In this document: positions 1 to 14,544 of the stretch, piece by piece
Position numbering within the stretch: the stretch's first letter is position 1
Layout of the letters: the number at the start of each line of letters is the position of its first letter
NCBI RefSeq assembly: GCF_006345805.1
Contig: NC_043020.1
Span: 13,020,001 to 13,084,000, forward strand
From: Octopus sinensis
Taxonomy: Eukaryota
DNA length: 64,000 nucleotides
Direction: 5' to 3'
Program-made: the position numbers and the translations under genes
Notes under the pieces: generated by a model
Told to the model about the DNA's origin: nothing
The model's database searches: none
What the model saw: only the letters and a program-made list of their open reading frames with translations

Positions 1-373
1 CAAAGAAGCTTGAGAGGAGGTTGGAGGGAACCTACACTCGCCTCCTTATGAGAGCTCAAAGTCTCTCGTGGAAGTGTCATCTAACCAAAATGCAAATATA
101 TGAAAAACTACCATCTGTATCATCTCTTGTGAAAGGTAGGAGAGTCCAGTTTGCTGGACATTGTTGCAGAGCTGAAAGCGAGGCAATTTCTACTCTTCTC
201 CTCTGGAAGCCATCTACTCGCAATACCAGAGGGCGCACACTCTCCTACCCTGGTGTAACTTCCAGGGATACAGGCATCCAGCAACAGGACCTCCGTAATG
301 CTATGATGGACCGTGAAGTCTGGCGTAGCATGGTAAATTCCATTGTCTCAACCACGGTCGAACAATGATGATG
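1..373 (+). mobile_element. RTE-like LINE 3' fragment (RT C-terminus) with short (GAT)n tail
   Basis: ORF 21-368 carries RRVQFAGHCCR and AMMDREVWR motifs typical of the RTE-group C-terminus. Confidence 0.8.
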
Positions 374-382
374 ATTATCAAT

Positions 383-611
383 GCAACAAGCTGGCAGAAT
401 TGTTAACATGATGGGTGAAATGCTTAGCAGTATTTCGTTTGTCTTTGTGGTCTGAGTTCAAATTCTGCCAAGGTCAACTGTGCCTTTTATCCTTTCGGAG
501 TCAATAAAGTAAGTACTACTTGCGCACAGGGGTCGATGTAATTGACTAGATCCCTCCCCAAGATTTCAGGCGTTGTGCCTATAGTAGAAAGGATTATTAT
601 TATTATCATCA

Positions 612-654
<43 letters not shown>

Positions 655-923
655 CATTATTGTTGTTGTTGTTATTATTATTATTATTGTTGTTGTTATT
701 ATTATTATCAAGACAGAGAGCTGGCAGAATCATTAACATGCCAGGTGAAATGTTTAGCAGCATTTCATCTGTCTTTATGGTCTGAGTTCAAATTCTGCCA
801 AGGTCGACTATGCCTTTCATCCTTTTAGGGTCGATAAATTAAGTACCAGTGAAACACTGGGGTCGATGTAAACAACTAGTCCCCTCCCCCCAAATTTCAG
901 GCCTTGTGCCTTTAGTAGAAAGG

Positions 924-930
<7 letters not shown>
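383..930 (+). mobile_element. Two copies of a tRNA-derived SINE (type B: gctggcagaa...ctgagttcaaattc...gggtcgat) with (ATT)n tails
   Basis: About 383-600 and 714-930. Same family at 3097-3320, 23905-24080, 28500-29645 and 35090-35322. Confidence 0.8.
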
Positions 931-973
<43 letters not shown>

Positions 974-1009
974 TATTATTATTATATTATTATTATTTTA
1001 TTACTACTA

Positions 1010-1082
<73 letters not shown>

Positions 1083-1382
1083 CATTTCCCAACCCATTTT
1101 GTTTCTGTGTGTTTCTTTTATGAATAATCTTGTAAAAATTGCTGTGTATTTTTTTGCCATTGTTACGTTTTTGTTGTCCTTACAGTAAATAAATAAATAA
1201 ATGAGTAAATAAATAAATAGATAATGGAATTTATAAATTTTAGAACATTAGACAAATGATATATCCTAGGTCTTCAGTTCAAATCCCACTGGAGTGAACG
1301 GGTCTGGGTCTACACTTGATTAAACTGGACCACATCTGGATTTTACTGTACAACAGTAATATATCTACAAGACTTTTAACCA

Positions 1383-1543
1383 GTGGCTGTGTGGTAAGTA
1401 GCTTGCTAACCAACCACATGGTAGCGGGTTCATCCCACTGCATGGCATCTTGGGCAAGTGTCTTCTTCTGCATAGCCTCGGGCCGACCAATGCCTTGTGT
1501 TGGATTTGGTAGACGAAACTGAAAGGAGCCTGTCGTATATATG

Positions 1544-1574
<31 letters not shown>

Positions 1575-1775
1575 TTGTGTGTCTGTGTTTGTCCCCTTAG
1601 CATTGCTTGACAACCGATGCTGGTGTGTATACGTCCCCGTAACTTAGTGGCTCAGCAAAAGAGACCGATAGAATAAGTACTGGGCTTACAAAGAATAAGT
1701 TCCGGGGTTGATTTGCTCGACTAAAGGCGGTGCCCCAGCATGGCCGCAGTCAAATGACTGAAACAAGTAAAAGAG
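1383..1775 (+). mobile_element. tRNA-derived cephalopod SINE (type A: gtggctgtgtggtaagtagcttg...gttccgggttcagtccc...aaatgactgaaacaagtaaaa)
   Basis: Pol III A/B-box-like head and internal microsatellite. Further + copies at about 17436-17878, 18731-19130, 24929-25339, 39081-39480, 55004-55390, 63306-63548; - copies at about 16060-16456, 30451-30860, 38303-38710. Confidence 0.9.
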
Positions 1776-1954
1776 AACACTGTCCTTATACACAATGCTA
1801 TCATGGACACAAAAAGAGGACCAGCTGGACTGGTATCAGTCCTGTGTTGGGATTTCACTTAAACACTGAATGTAAAGTGATATAACTAAATAATGCAACA
1901 CATCTATTTCACTTGCTATCAGTTCTGACGATTCACTGCTCTAGTTTATAATAT

Positions 1955-2354
1955 ACTAGCAGTATCGCCCGGCGTTGCTCGGGTTTGTAAGGGAAATAAC
2001 TATATAAGCATTTTTAGAGATGTAAAGTATAATAGCCATCTCAATATGGCTAACCACAAAGGGGGGGGGGGTTACTGTAGCTTTTTACGTTCTGAGATTT
2101 AATAATACATTTTTAGAGAGTTACTTCCCTTATATAATAGCAAAAAGATGCATTAAAATGGGAAAAAATGATGGTGAATTTTTTTTTAAATTGTAGACTC
2201 ATCGTAGACGTGTGCTAATACCCAGAAGGGCTCGATATGAATCACGACTATAAGATACCCGCTTTTTGGTTACATTGCACCGCAAAATGTGGGAGTAGTT
2301 AGGAATCTAAATCGTAGGAGACAGACACACAACTTCACTTTTATATATAAAGAT
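1955..2354 (+). mobile_element. Helentron/HINE (DINE-1/Lep1-like) non-autonomous element
   Basis: Begins ACTAGC followed by a cccgg...cggg hairpin. Ends acagacacac...ttttatatataaagat. Same architecture at 33206-33668. Confidence 0.6.
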
Positions 2355-2578
2355 ATCTGTTATAAACTGGAATAAATCAATTCATTTAGCTATTCCTAAC
2401 ATATTTATGGTCTTGTGTTAAAATGAGAAATCTGCTTTCACCAAAATAGTACTAGCTACGTACTAAGGTCCAGTAAATCTTCTATAACCATTACCTACAA
2501 GATTTGTGGTGCTCTACTTTTTCTTTGGCTGCCTTTGTATCACCTTCACTCAGGCATTTCCAACCCAAGAGTCATCAC

Positions 2579-2579
<1 letters not shown>

Positions 2580-2624
<45 letters not shown>

Positions 2625-2886
2625 ATATTATTATTATGATTATTTACGGGTTTTTCTTCTTCTTTCAAATTTGCTTCCATTTCTTGCCGAGTGTCTTCCC
2701 GACTCCTAGGGCAAAGAAACTCATGGTATACATTGGTAGGCCATTAAACTAAACTCACTAGTTCATTCATTTTTTTTTTTTTCATAGAAATAAAGTTAAA
2801 TTAAAATACATGGGTAGTAATAGTTCTCACATCGACAATGCTCTTCTCAATACGTGTGATGTACCAGTTAAGACAATCTTTTGCAC
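2580..2886 (-). mobile_element. RLE-type (R4/Dong/CRE-like) non-LTR retrotransposon 3' end fragment
   Basis: Minus strand encodes VQKIVLTGTSHVLRRALSM*, followed by 3' UTR-like sequence and (TAA)n. Confidence 0.6.
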
Positions 2887-2892
2887 TTATTA

Positions 2893-2937
<45 letters not shown>

Positions 2938-3040
2938 TTATTATTATATTATATTTATTATTATTATATTTATTATTATTATTATTATTATATTTATTAT
3001 TATTATTATTATATTTATTATTATTATATTATTATTATTA

Positions 3041-3097
<57 letters not shown>

Positions 3098-3309
3098 GGT
3101 GGCAAGCTGGTGGAATCATTAGCACACCAGGTAAAATGCATAGCAGCATTTTGTTTGTCTTTGCATTCTGAGTTCAAATTCAGCTGAAGTCAACTTTACC
3201 TTTCATCCTTTTGGGATCAATAAATTAAGTACCAGTTAAACACTGGGGTCACTATACTTGACTTGTCCTCTCCCCCAAAATTTCAGGTCTTGTGTCTTTA
3301 GTAGAAAGG

Positions 3310-3359
<50 letters not shown>

Positions 3360-4326
3360 TACTACTGCTGCTATTTTCTTCTTGACATTTGGCTAAACGC
3401 AGAGACTGATAATGTTTCTCCAGGGTTTATATTTGGTGGTGGTGATGGGCATGGTAGGAAGTGTGAAAATGGGCGAAACATAAGTAATATGTGAACGAGA
3501 AGGTCTCTGATAAAACTTGACCTTTAGGAGATAAAGTTTAAAGTCAAATTGAAATTTAATAAATGAAGAAAAGACAAAAAAAAAACCTGAAATTCTAATA
3601 AAAGAACTTCAGCTTTTTTTTTTTGGCAAAAAAAATCTAAATTTCAATTCTAGTTTAAACTTCAATATCAGATTCTTTGAAATTTTCCCTTCCTAAGATT
3701 TAGTCTCCAAAAATGATCCAGTCGTAAAAAATATAAATCTCAAATTGGAAACATTAAAACTTCAATTAAAATTTTTAATTTCCTATCACATTAATCATTG
3801 AAGCTGGGTGTAATGGTGTAATGGTGTAAAATTTTCAGTATTTGTAACTATGTCAACGATAATGATGACAATAATGATGATGATGATGATGATAATGGCA
3901 ATGGTAATGGTGGTGGTGGTGGTGGTGTTGTTACTAAGTTTTTACATGTGCAACATGCATATAACAGATCATATTAATATTTCATGCAGAACAGGTTAGC
4001 ATGGTTTCTTTCTTTCTTCTTTCTTTCTTTCATTTTCTTTTCTTTTTCTTTTTTTTTTTTGTTCTGGATTTACCAAAAAAAAAACTTTTCTGGTGACTGA
4101 GATTCGATTCAGCTGAGAGAGAATAGAGAGAAGCAGGAAGACTGCAATGTTTGGATTACATAATTGCATATTCTTGTTTTTTTTTTTCTATTTTGTTGTA
4201 CAATAATATAAAACATACTCAAAACACCTTTGTCAGAAATGTGTAGGGTCAGACATATGTGTACTATGTATGTATATTTGTACATACATATATACATATA
4301 TATATATATGCATGTGTGTATGTGTG

Positions 4327-4382
<56 letters not shown>

Positions 4383-4399
4383 ATATATATGTATATATA

Positions 4400-4524
4400 T
4401 TAAATTAGAGATAAAACCACTATTAGGCAAATCAAATATGTATATTAATTAATTTTATTTCTATGTTTTGGTTTATGTTTTTCACTGTTTGATTTGCCTA
4501 ATAGTGGTTTTATCTCTAATTTAA
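4400..4524. repeat. 37-bp perfect inverted repeat with 51-nt loop, flanked by (TA)n
   Basis: ttaaattagagataaaaccactattaggcaaatcaaa at 4400-4436 and its reverse complement at 4488-4524. Confidence 0.9.
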
Positions 4525-6097
4525 TATATATATATTTATACTGTAAAATTAGATTTAATCCTAAATCTAATTTTCCCCTGTAAGTTTGGATTTACTCCCT
4601 AATATTATTATCATTATATATATATGTATATATATATATACATGCTTGTCATATGTAAGGGAACCAAGGTTACATATTCACATCAAGGTTTCGTTCAATT
4701 TTGCTGGTCATCAGATATATATATACAAGTGACCGTGCACACAGCCGGCCAAAATATAGTAATGTAGGTTGAGCATTTCGTCCCAAGCAATGCTTTTATG
4801 GTGGTCAGCACTTTTGAACCTGTTTGATACAATCTGTATAAGCCTGTATAGGTTTGGATCCCCAGGGTGGGGATGGCAAATTCAAGGACTGCCCTAAGTG
4901 ATGTGCACTGTGGCCACACTAGCCAAAATGGGGCCTCAAGTTCATTTAGATTTCAGAACGATTCAAATATAAACACCAGTTCAAATGTGTCACAGACAAG
5001 TGAAAACATTAATCACAGGTGAGATGCTGCCAACAAAACAAGCTACAACTTGTTGAGGATGAAGAGCAATGAGAGAGTGTAGGGTGATGGGCATTGAAAT
5101 AGGTAAGATCAGGAGATATCTATTGAAGGGCTGTTGGATCAAACTTTGGGGGTAGTTATGTAACCCTGTTTACCTCGTGTATGACAAACATTTATCAACA
5201 TACATACACACATATATAGTTAGGTGTGGGGGTGGAGTCTAATGGTACAATGGGGTACATTTGTCATGTTTTCTATTGACTAATTGTGCTATCACTGTTT
5301 TTGATCCCTTTGTTCATTTTAACCAGCATAACAACCAGGGCCATGCTGGAGCACATAACTCTCAATGTATATTGTTATTTCTACATATGTATTGAGTACG
5401 TATTATGTGAGTGTGTGCATGTATGATCGTGCTTGCGTGAGAACCCCATCCCTCTAGCAATGTAACACAGATACTACTACACGTGCCAAGGTAAAGAATT
5501 AGACCCAAACCCTCTAAACTCTGAAATCCTGTTTCTTTCCCAGCTCATTAAAATTTTAGAATGCAGAAACTAATGAATGACTAAAATTATCTTTTTATAT
5601 TTATTACATATATGTCATCTAACACTTCATTTTATGTCGCCTCAGTCGACTCAGCTGTAAATAGGTGACCCCCGCAATGGACTAGCCTTCCGATCAGGAG
5701 GAATATTGGCCTGCTTGCCTAGCTAGCAGGATGGCATTATTTGAAAGCTAAAACCTTGCAAATCACAGTGACCAGTGATGCATAACAACATCAAACGAGC
5801 TGGTCGACCATGTGATGTCATCTAATTAGCATGGCTACTTCAAGGTTGGTTTCTATTCAATTACTAATAAACTCTTCAAACAGTTTTTTTTTTTTTGTTT
5901 TTAAACTAGGTATATTATTCGCGTTGTATCTAGGGGGAGGTACCGTAGCAATGTTTCCTTGTTCTTGGAGGGGAAGAAAAAAAAATGAAAACAAAAAAAA
6001 TAAACAATAAATAAATAAATAAATTGTATTATGTAACCTGTATTTTATCCATTAAGTAAAAACAATAAAAACAGAAGACATAAGTTACCTTAATCTC

Positions 6098-6099
<2 letters not shown>

Positions 6100-6131
<32 letters not shown>

Positions 6132-6620
6132 CACACACACATCCATCCTTTCAAGTACATTGCGAAATATTTCTTCACAGGTGTCTTGAAGGTATTATTA
6201 TTATTATTATTATTACTATTATTTTTTTATTTATCAAATGATAAATAAAAGTAGTAAAAATTATCTATGGCAAATATCAATTAAAATTTTGTTTTATCTA
6301 TATAATTCTTGTACACACATACACACACACACATGCACACACACATACAAACACACACACACACACACACACATGCACATATATATATACACACACACAT
6401 CCATCCTTTCAAGTACATTGCGAAATATTTCTTCACAGGTGTCTTGAAGGTATTATTATTATTATTACTATTATCATTATTATTATTATTACTATTATTT
6501 TTTATTTATCAAATGATAAATAAAAGTAGTAAAAATTATCTATGGCAAATATCAATTAAAATTTTGTTTTATATCTATATAATTCTTGTACACACATACA
6601 CACACACACACGCACGCACA
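6100..6620. repeat. Local tandem duplication (about 260-270 bp unit) with junctions in (CA)n
   Basis: acacatccatcctttcaagtacattgcg...ttttgttttatc occurs at about 6135 and 6393. Confidence 0.85.
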
Positions 6621-9283
6621 CACACACACATACAAACACACACGCACACACACACACATACAAACACACCTGAACATTTAGTCAGACTTAGTCTTATTAT
6701 GTTGCTTTTGTTACTGTTGCAGTTAGCAGAATGCTTCCATATTGCATCCAAAATATTGTTTTTCTTAGAGAGAAAAAAATAAAATAAGAATCACTAACTT
6801 TCACAATATAAATATTTACACATTTAAATTTAGAATTTAAAAAAAAAAATTGGTTAAAACTGCCATTTTTAATAATCTCAAGAATTTCCATTTGCTACTT
6901 TTGTAGCACCAAAAACAAATGGCAAAAGAGTTCAGAATATTTTTTTAGATTTTTTTTTTTTTTCTTTTTAAATTTAATTTCGTAATTTTTTTTTTTTGTT
7001 TATTCAAGATAAATTAAATTCATAAGTAGCGAGAAAGAAATTTATATTTAGTTATAAAATAAAGATTAAAAAATTCCAGTACTGCTTTTTTTTTTTTTGT
7101 AAAGAAAAGGTCATATATAGGACAAACTGACCAGAGTTGACCCCGGCGGCTTCGTACATTTACGCTTTGGCCCTAATTGTCTCATTATTCCTTCTTCCTT
7201 TTTCACCAACAGACCTTCTGTTCCAAATTTTTCTTTCACAGTTTCAGTATCTACATTTGTCTTTTATTCGTATCTCTAAAATATTCTAAGCATCAATGAC
7301 ATTTTGTCCCCAAAACTACTGTGGCTTGCTAAAGCCACTTAAAGAATTAATAAAAATCTAAATGAAAGCAAGCTCATTCCCAAATAATCTAAGGCTTCTA
7401 CCTTTTCAAGAATCGAAAGAAAAGAAGAGAAATTAAAAACAAAAATTCCTTTTTAGGGAAAAAATAAATCCCAAAGTGAAATGGGATAAGATATGGTGAG
7501 TGTGTATGGCACTAAACTAAAATAACTACCATCTACTAGCAGTAAGGTACCAAACTAAAACATTTACTGTCTTTCAGGATTAAGGCATTAAACTTAGATA
7601 TTTACTATCAGGAGTAAGGCAAACTTAAGTATTTACTATCAGAAATAAGGCCCTAAGACAACTAAAAATACAATAAAAAATTTAGTAATCTTGCAAATGA
7701 AATATTTGGTTTCTTAAAAATTTCTTCTTTTGAATTTGGGTTTTTAACTCTAAGTCTTAATCAGAGAATTTATTTTCTAAATTCTTAAAGGGTATTCACT
7801 CTGACTTACCATTCTTATCATTCATTATTCTTTTTTTGGTTTCTCTCATTACATACCATGGCCATGCTGGATCACTGACATTTTAAAATATTTTAGTCAA
7901 TTGTATATTTGTCCCTTTGCCTGGTATTTATTTTACTGAGCTCCATGATAGGGGACAAAGGGCAATGAGTTGACTGCATATAAAGGGAGGCAATTTAGCT
8001 GGAAAAACTATCACATGACAGTCTCCTTTGACCAATCAATTTTGCTGCCCCATGATCTTCTTTGGTGTTGACGATAAGTACTCCGGTTGTTCAATCAACT
8101 CAACTATTGGATATGTGTTCGAATACTCCATAGACATACCTATACCTTAGTGTAACCATCAACTAGAATCAGTGTAGCACAATATATGACAAGGTTGTAC
8201 CATTTCACTTACAGTTACAATGAAGATGACAGGGTACCCTCAGATTCTGTCTACCCTGATACCATCGACAAAGATTTAGGTTGATTGGGGACTCTGGTAA
8301 AAGCCTCTTGCAAATAGTTGCCTAAGATGCAAAATTTCTTAACTCTAGTGTGTGCATAAATATATACACACAGTATGCACATAATAGGCTTCATTACAGT
8401 TTCTATTGACTAAACTTCACTGAATCCCAAAGTTTACAACAGCGTTAAATTTCTGAAGGTATGTGTAGCTCAATAGACTCTAGAACCACAAGGTGGGGAA
8501 GCAAAATTCTTAAATACATTGCCATACTTGCAATCATGTATTCCATAGTTTTAACATCAATTTCTAAGGAATCTACAGAAAGAAATATTTCTAGATCTCT
8601 GATTGGTTGTCTTTTTTTCTTTTTTTTTCTTTTTTTTTCTTCTTTTTTTTTTCCAAAAGATGTAAGAAAGTCATGTATAAAAATGGTAAATTGAATTGAA
8701 TGACATAAAAAAAATGGAACATTAAAAAAAAAAAGAACAAAACAATAGCAACTAAATAATATTAAATATTTATATATATAAAACAAAAACAAGGAATCCT
8801 GCTTTTTAATGTCAGACTAACAATGCAGAAACAACGTATGGTGCAGAAAACAAAGAAAAAAAAAGGAAAATTAATGAAAAAATAAACAACAATTAAAATG
8901 CAAAAAAAAACTTAAAAAAAAAACAGGTAACATCAACAATAACAACCACTACAGTGACAACTAGAACAACAAAACTGTTATTTTTTTTTAAGGGTGAAAA
9001 AAGCCAGCAACAAAAAAACAACAACAATTTAGAGAACCAGTAAAAAAAAAAAAACAACAACAAAATACTATGTTTACAATAAACCTCATAACCTGTTTAC
9101 CTTGCATTAGTTCTGTTTTACTTTTATACAACACCTTGGATCCTTTGGAAGTGGTGAAATAAGAAGGAAAGAACATTTACAGATCACAGAGATGTTACAC
9201 AGATATTATATATACTCACATACACACACACACGCACACACACATGTACGTATTCATGTACATACATAAACCAGTATATATAT

Positions 9284-9314
<31 letters not shown>

Positions 9315-9365
9315 GTTTGTGTATATACATACATGCATACATTATTGCACACATACATATATATA

Positions 9366-9404
<39 letters not shown>

Positions 9405-9463
9405 ATGCATACACACACACACAACACACACATACATCATTACACACACACACACACACAAAC

Positions 9464-9509
<46 letters not shown>

Positions 9510-9580
9510 AAAATGGTGGAACAGTATAGAATACATTAAGCTGTAAAGAGTTTCAAATGATTAAGCTTATAATAATAATG

Positions 9581-9632
<52 letters not shown>

Positions 9633-9643
9633 TGATGATGATG

Positions 9644-9675
<32 letters not shown>

Positions 9676-9709
9676 AATGATAATGATAATAATAATGATA
9701 ATGATAATA

Positions 9710-9759
<50 letters not shown>

Positions 9760-10109
9760 ATCAAATAATATCAGATGGCTCATTGAAATCATGTGGTTAT
9801 CCAATGTTAGAGTTTTATTTTATTCCTGCCAGGAATAAGAACAATCCTGAGCGAAGGAAATAAATAACATTAATAATGATAATGATAATAATAAATGATT
9901 TTATTTACCACAGGGAGATGATTAAATGAAAGAGACATCACAAAGGCAGGTAACGCAAAGTGAGTGTCGGGTGGGGATGCATAGAAATTTTAATGAGAAA
10001 AATCTGATGGAGTGAAGGAAAATAGTTTAGTATGTAAAGAAGAAATGATGATCTGGTTTTCCAGATACAAGTGGTTTTTTTCGAATGAGGGTTAGTCAAG
10101 GAGTCTCGC

Positions 10110-10360
10110 TGGTTCAGGATCACCGTCGACTCCTAAGGGGAGTAAACTCTCCCAACTTTCGGAAACATTTTTTCACGCTCAGAGTTGCTGAAGAATGGAA
10201 TAAACTGCCTGCATCAGTTGTTGATTGCCATGACACTGCATCCTTTAAGGCCCTCATGCTTTCCGAAATCCGCCGAAACTACACCTGACTATATATACAC
10301 TTCAGATGAGTTGTAGTGCACCTGAGCACTGTACACAATTATTATTATTATTATTATTAT
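10110..10360 (+). mobile_element. CR1/L2-group LINE 3' fragment
   Basis: RKHFFTLRVAEEWNKLPASVV...SFK motif followed by an (ATT)n tail. Confidence 0.8.
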
Positions 10361-10810
10361 TATTTTTAACTATTGTTCTCAAGTTTACAAGTAGCAAATG
10401 ATGCTGAGAACAGAATCATTTCTTCAAGCAATTTCTGCCACTGTCCCTGACTTTTTAAAATAAATTTACTGGAAGACAGCACCTCTTACAGTGCCCACAC
10501 CTTCCTTTTTAAAGTGAAATTTGCAAAATTCAATGAGGGCTTTGACTGGAGAAGAAAGCATCATCTTTTGGCATCATCTACCTTAAAACCTCTTTTGCAG
10601 TAGCCAGCAGACAGAAAACTGCTTACTGCATGTTGAATAAGACTACTTGAGATAGTATTCTCCAGTTACCAATTATGGCCTAGAAGAATAAAGTACCCTA
10701 GTTGGAAAGAGAAGGTACTTTAAATTCACTCCATGGCGCATTGAACAATCAAGGCTGGACATATTTTGTGATATCACTGTTGTCAGGGTGAAGACATGTG
10801 GAGATAAAAT

Positions 10811-10852
<42 letters not shown>

Positions 10853-10983
10853 AATATAGATAGGTAAATAAATAGATAGATAGATAGATAGATAGATAAA
10901 TAGGTAGATAGATAGATAGATAGATAAATAAATAGATTGATAGATAGATAGATAAATAGATAGATAGATTGATAAATAGATAG

Positions 10984-11018
<35 letters not shown>

Positions 11019-11829
11019 GATAGATAAATAGAGAGATAAATTTATGGGGTTCTACCAAATTTTATTTGCAAGTTGTAGGTGAGTTCTAGACAAAAGTACA
11101 AAACACTTGCAAAAGGTACCCCACAATGGAATTGAAAACTAGACCTTGAGATTGCGAAGTAGAATTTTTAACCACTGGATGACTGACTGACAGACAGGCA
11201 GCTACACTCATGTGTGTGTGTATAGATGACTGTATGATATATTGGCACTAGCATGGCAATGTAGTTAAGAAACACACACAAGTAAATATTTATGTATGAA
11301 TAAATATCGAAGTAGAGATACTGTAAAGTGATGGCCATGGATGTAAGGTCATATGAATGATTATTGACATGAGAGGAAAGAAGTAAAGCTTTGGAAGTCA
11401 GTCATGGTCTGAGATTCATGATTTGACTTCAGATTCTTCAATGTGATGACATCTATTAAACAAGAAATACAAGGAAATGAAAAATGTTATAGCCACACAC
11501 ACACACACACACACAAACATGTACACACAAACATGTACACACATACATGTACACACATACACACATTACTTAGTGGTGATTCTCCATTTTTCTCTCTTTA
11601 TCCAGCCCTCAAAGGGAGATGATTCTTATTTAATTGGATTTATCTCCCTTGATTGCTATATTCTAACTGAATTGTTAGAAGAAAACTAAATAAAAGAATA
11701 CAAAAATACGTATCTGTATATATGTAATATATATAATGATAATTATTATTATCATTTGAGGGAATAAAATCCAAATGTACAAGAAAAAAATTCAATTTAG
11801 AAGTACTAAATCAAATTTCATACAATATA

Positions 11830-11853
<24 letters not shown>

Positions 11854-11860
<7 letters not shown>

Positions 11861-12408
11861 TAGAAAAAACCCACTTTTTATCAATTCAAAATGAACAATT
11901 AAATTACACCATCTAGAAAATTACATATAATAGAAATATTAAAATTAAAATAGCAATAAAATGTCAATGATTAAGTAAATTACAAAAAGATAATAAAAAC
12001 GTATATAATTTTATTGTTATTTTAATTTTAATATTTCTATTATATGTAATTTTCTAGATGGTGTAATTTAATTGTTCATTTTGAATTGATAAAAGGTGTT
12101 TTTTTTCTAATTTTATATATATATATATAATATATATATATTATATATATATATAAAAAATTAGAAAAAACCCACTTTTTATCAATTCAAAATGAACAAT
12201 TAAATTACACCATCTAGAAAATTACATATAATAGAAATATTAAAATTAAAATAGCAATAAAATGTCAATGATTAAGTAAATTACAAAAAGATAATAAAAA
12301 CGTATATAATTTTATTGTTATTTTAATTTTAATATTTCTATTATATGTAATTTTCTAGATGGTGTAATTTAATTGTTCATTTTGAATTGATAAAAGGTGT
12401 TTTTTTTC

Positions 12409-12414
<6 letters not shown>
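11854..12414. repeat. Two tandem copies (period 300 bp) of an AT-rich palindrome with about 108-bp arms and a 45-nt loop, separated by (TA)n
   Basis: Arms at 11854-11962 and 12008-12114; the second copy is offset by +300. Confidence 0.85.
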
Positions 12415-12458
<44 letters not shown>

Positions 12459-12884
12459 CACCCTATATAGGTATAATATATATAGTCAGCCCCTGTCCAC
12501 AGGCTAACTACTTCTGTCTTGCAGGGTACCTATCTCTATCCCTCTATTCCTCTAATCTCACATCAACTGGCACAAACCCATCCCCACTCACTACTACACC
12601 TTCCTCCCAGCTGGAGCAGTTTTTGTCTTGCAAGTTACTTGGTGATCCTTTTGGTGCTGGTGCAACATAAAAAGCACCAATGCTGGAGCCATGTAAAAAG
12701 CACTGGAGCTAGTACCATGTGAAAAGTACCCAATAAAGTAGTTGGTATTAGGGGGGCATCCAGCCATAGAAACCATGCTCTAAACAGACAATGGAGCTTG
12801 GTGCAGCTCTTGGCTTTACCAGCTGATGTCAAACTTTCCAACCCATGCCAGCATGGAAAAATGGGCATTAAGTGATGATGATGA

Positions 12885-13600
12885 GATAATACATACATAC
12901 ATATACATACATACACATAAGAACACGGACACATACATATAAATACACACACACACACACATGCACACTTACACACACTTGTCTGTGTGTGTATATGTGT
13001 TTGTGTACATGAATATGAAGATATATGGACATATACATACATACACATATATGTACATATACATACATATATATATGCACATATACATACATACACATAA
13101 GAACATGCACACATGCTTATATACAAACACACATGCGCACTCACACACACTTGCCTGTGTATATATGTATTTGTGTACATGAATATATAGATATATGTAC
13201 ACATACATACATACACATATATGTACATATACATACATGTATATAATGTACATATACATACATACACATGAGAACATGCACACATACATATAAATACTCA
13301 CACACACTTGTCTGTGTGTATATGTGTTTGTGTACATGAATATGTAGATATATGTACATATACATACATACACATATATGTACATATACATGCATACACA
13401 TATATGTAAATATGCATACATATATATATATGTACATATACATACATACACATAAGAACATGTACATATACATACACATAAGAACATGCACACATACATA
13501 TAAATACACACACACACACACACATGCACACTCACACACACTTGTCTGTGTGTATGTGTATTCGTGTACATGAATATGAAGATATATGTACACGTTTGTA
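12885..13600. repeat. Higher-order repeat (about 180 bp, 4 copies) built from CA/TA microsatellite
   Basis: Recurring anchors cacataagaacatgcacac and cacacttgtctgtgtg. Confidence 0.75.
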
Positions 13601-14544
13601 CTCACACATGGAAAAAAATTTGTTTGAGATAAGGGAAATAAAAAAGCAAAACTCAGAATCTTCCTGAAAAATAAAAGAATGATTAAAAATTGAAAAAGAA
13701 CGTGTATAATGTTAATTAGTCTTGTTAGAAAGGTGAAATAAACATGAAAAATCATTAAAAATGTAATTAATAAAAATTAATTTTAAAAATAAAGAAAGTG
13801 ATTAGAAGGAATTATTTTGGTGTTTAACAAATAATTGTTCAATTTTTTTTTTTTATAATTGTAAATAATAATTAAAGAAAAAAAAAAGGTTATCTGAAAG
13901 TGAGAGCAATTATGTCAGTGAAATTCTTCAAATGTATCTTTGATCACAGATTCTCTAATGATTTACAACAAAGCATGTCTACATTTTGTATGAGAAGTTG
14001 ATTTTAATGGATTGCAATATTAACTATTTTGATACCAATCACATTGCAACATAAGTATGATGACCTACATTCATATATATATATATATATATATATATAG
14101 TAGTCTGGAACAACTGAATCTTAGTCAGTCAGTTGATGGGCTCCACTACCTCAAATGTTCTTAAAATTTAAATCCACATCTTTGTCTAAATATCTACCTT
14201 CTCTATAATGTTGCCACTTGATACGAACATTTTTGTATTAATGGAAAATCTCTATAATTGGCTGATGAGTGCTCGGTATTTTAAAACTGTTGTAATACTT
14301 ACAACATTTAATAAAATGATGTTGTACAAAACGATCGTACCAAATTACCGGAGTCATTCTTGTTGCTTATTTTGATTATATACATATATATATATATACA
14401 TATATATATGATGACCTATATATATATATTTATATTTATATATTGTATATAAAGGGTGCAGTATGGCACCAAGAATGAGCTGGCAAAAGATCTGCCTGGG
14501 GTTACACTGGTAGTAATATGGAACAGCCACTTTGATGTGGCGTC

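Noticed and set aside
7132-7264. Purine-rich minus-strand reading frame (DTETVKEKFG...)
   Set aside because: No pyrimidine tract at the only usable acceptor and no recognisable domain.
8535-8573. Short candidate exon within ORF 8445-8792 (DSLEIDVKTMEYMIA)
   Set aside because: Moderate splice sites only, no recognisable homology; such sites are expected by chance in 22 kb.
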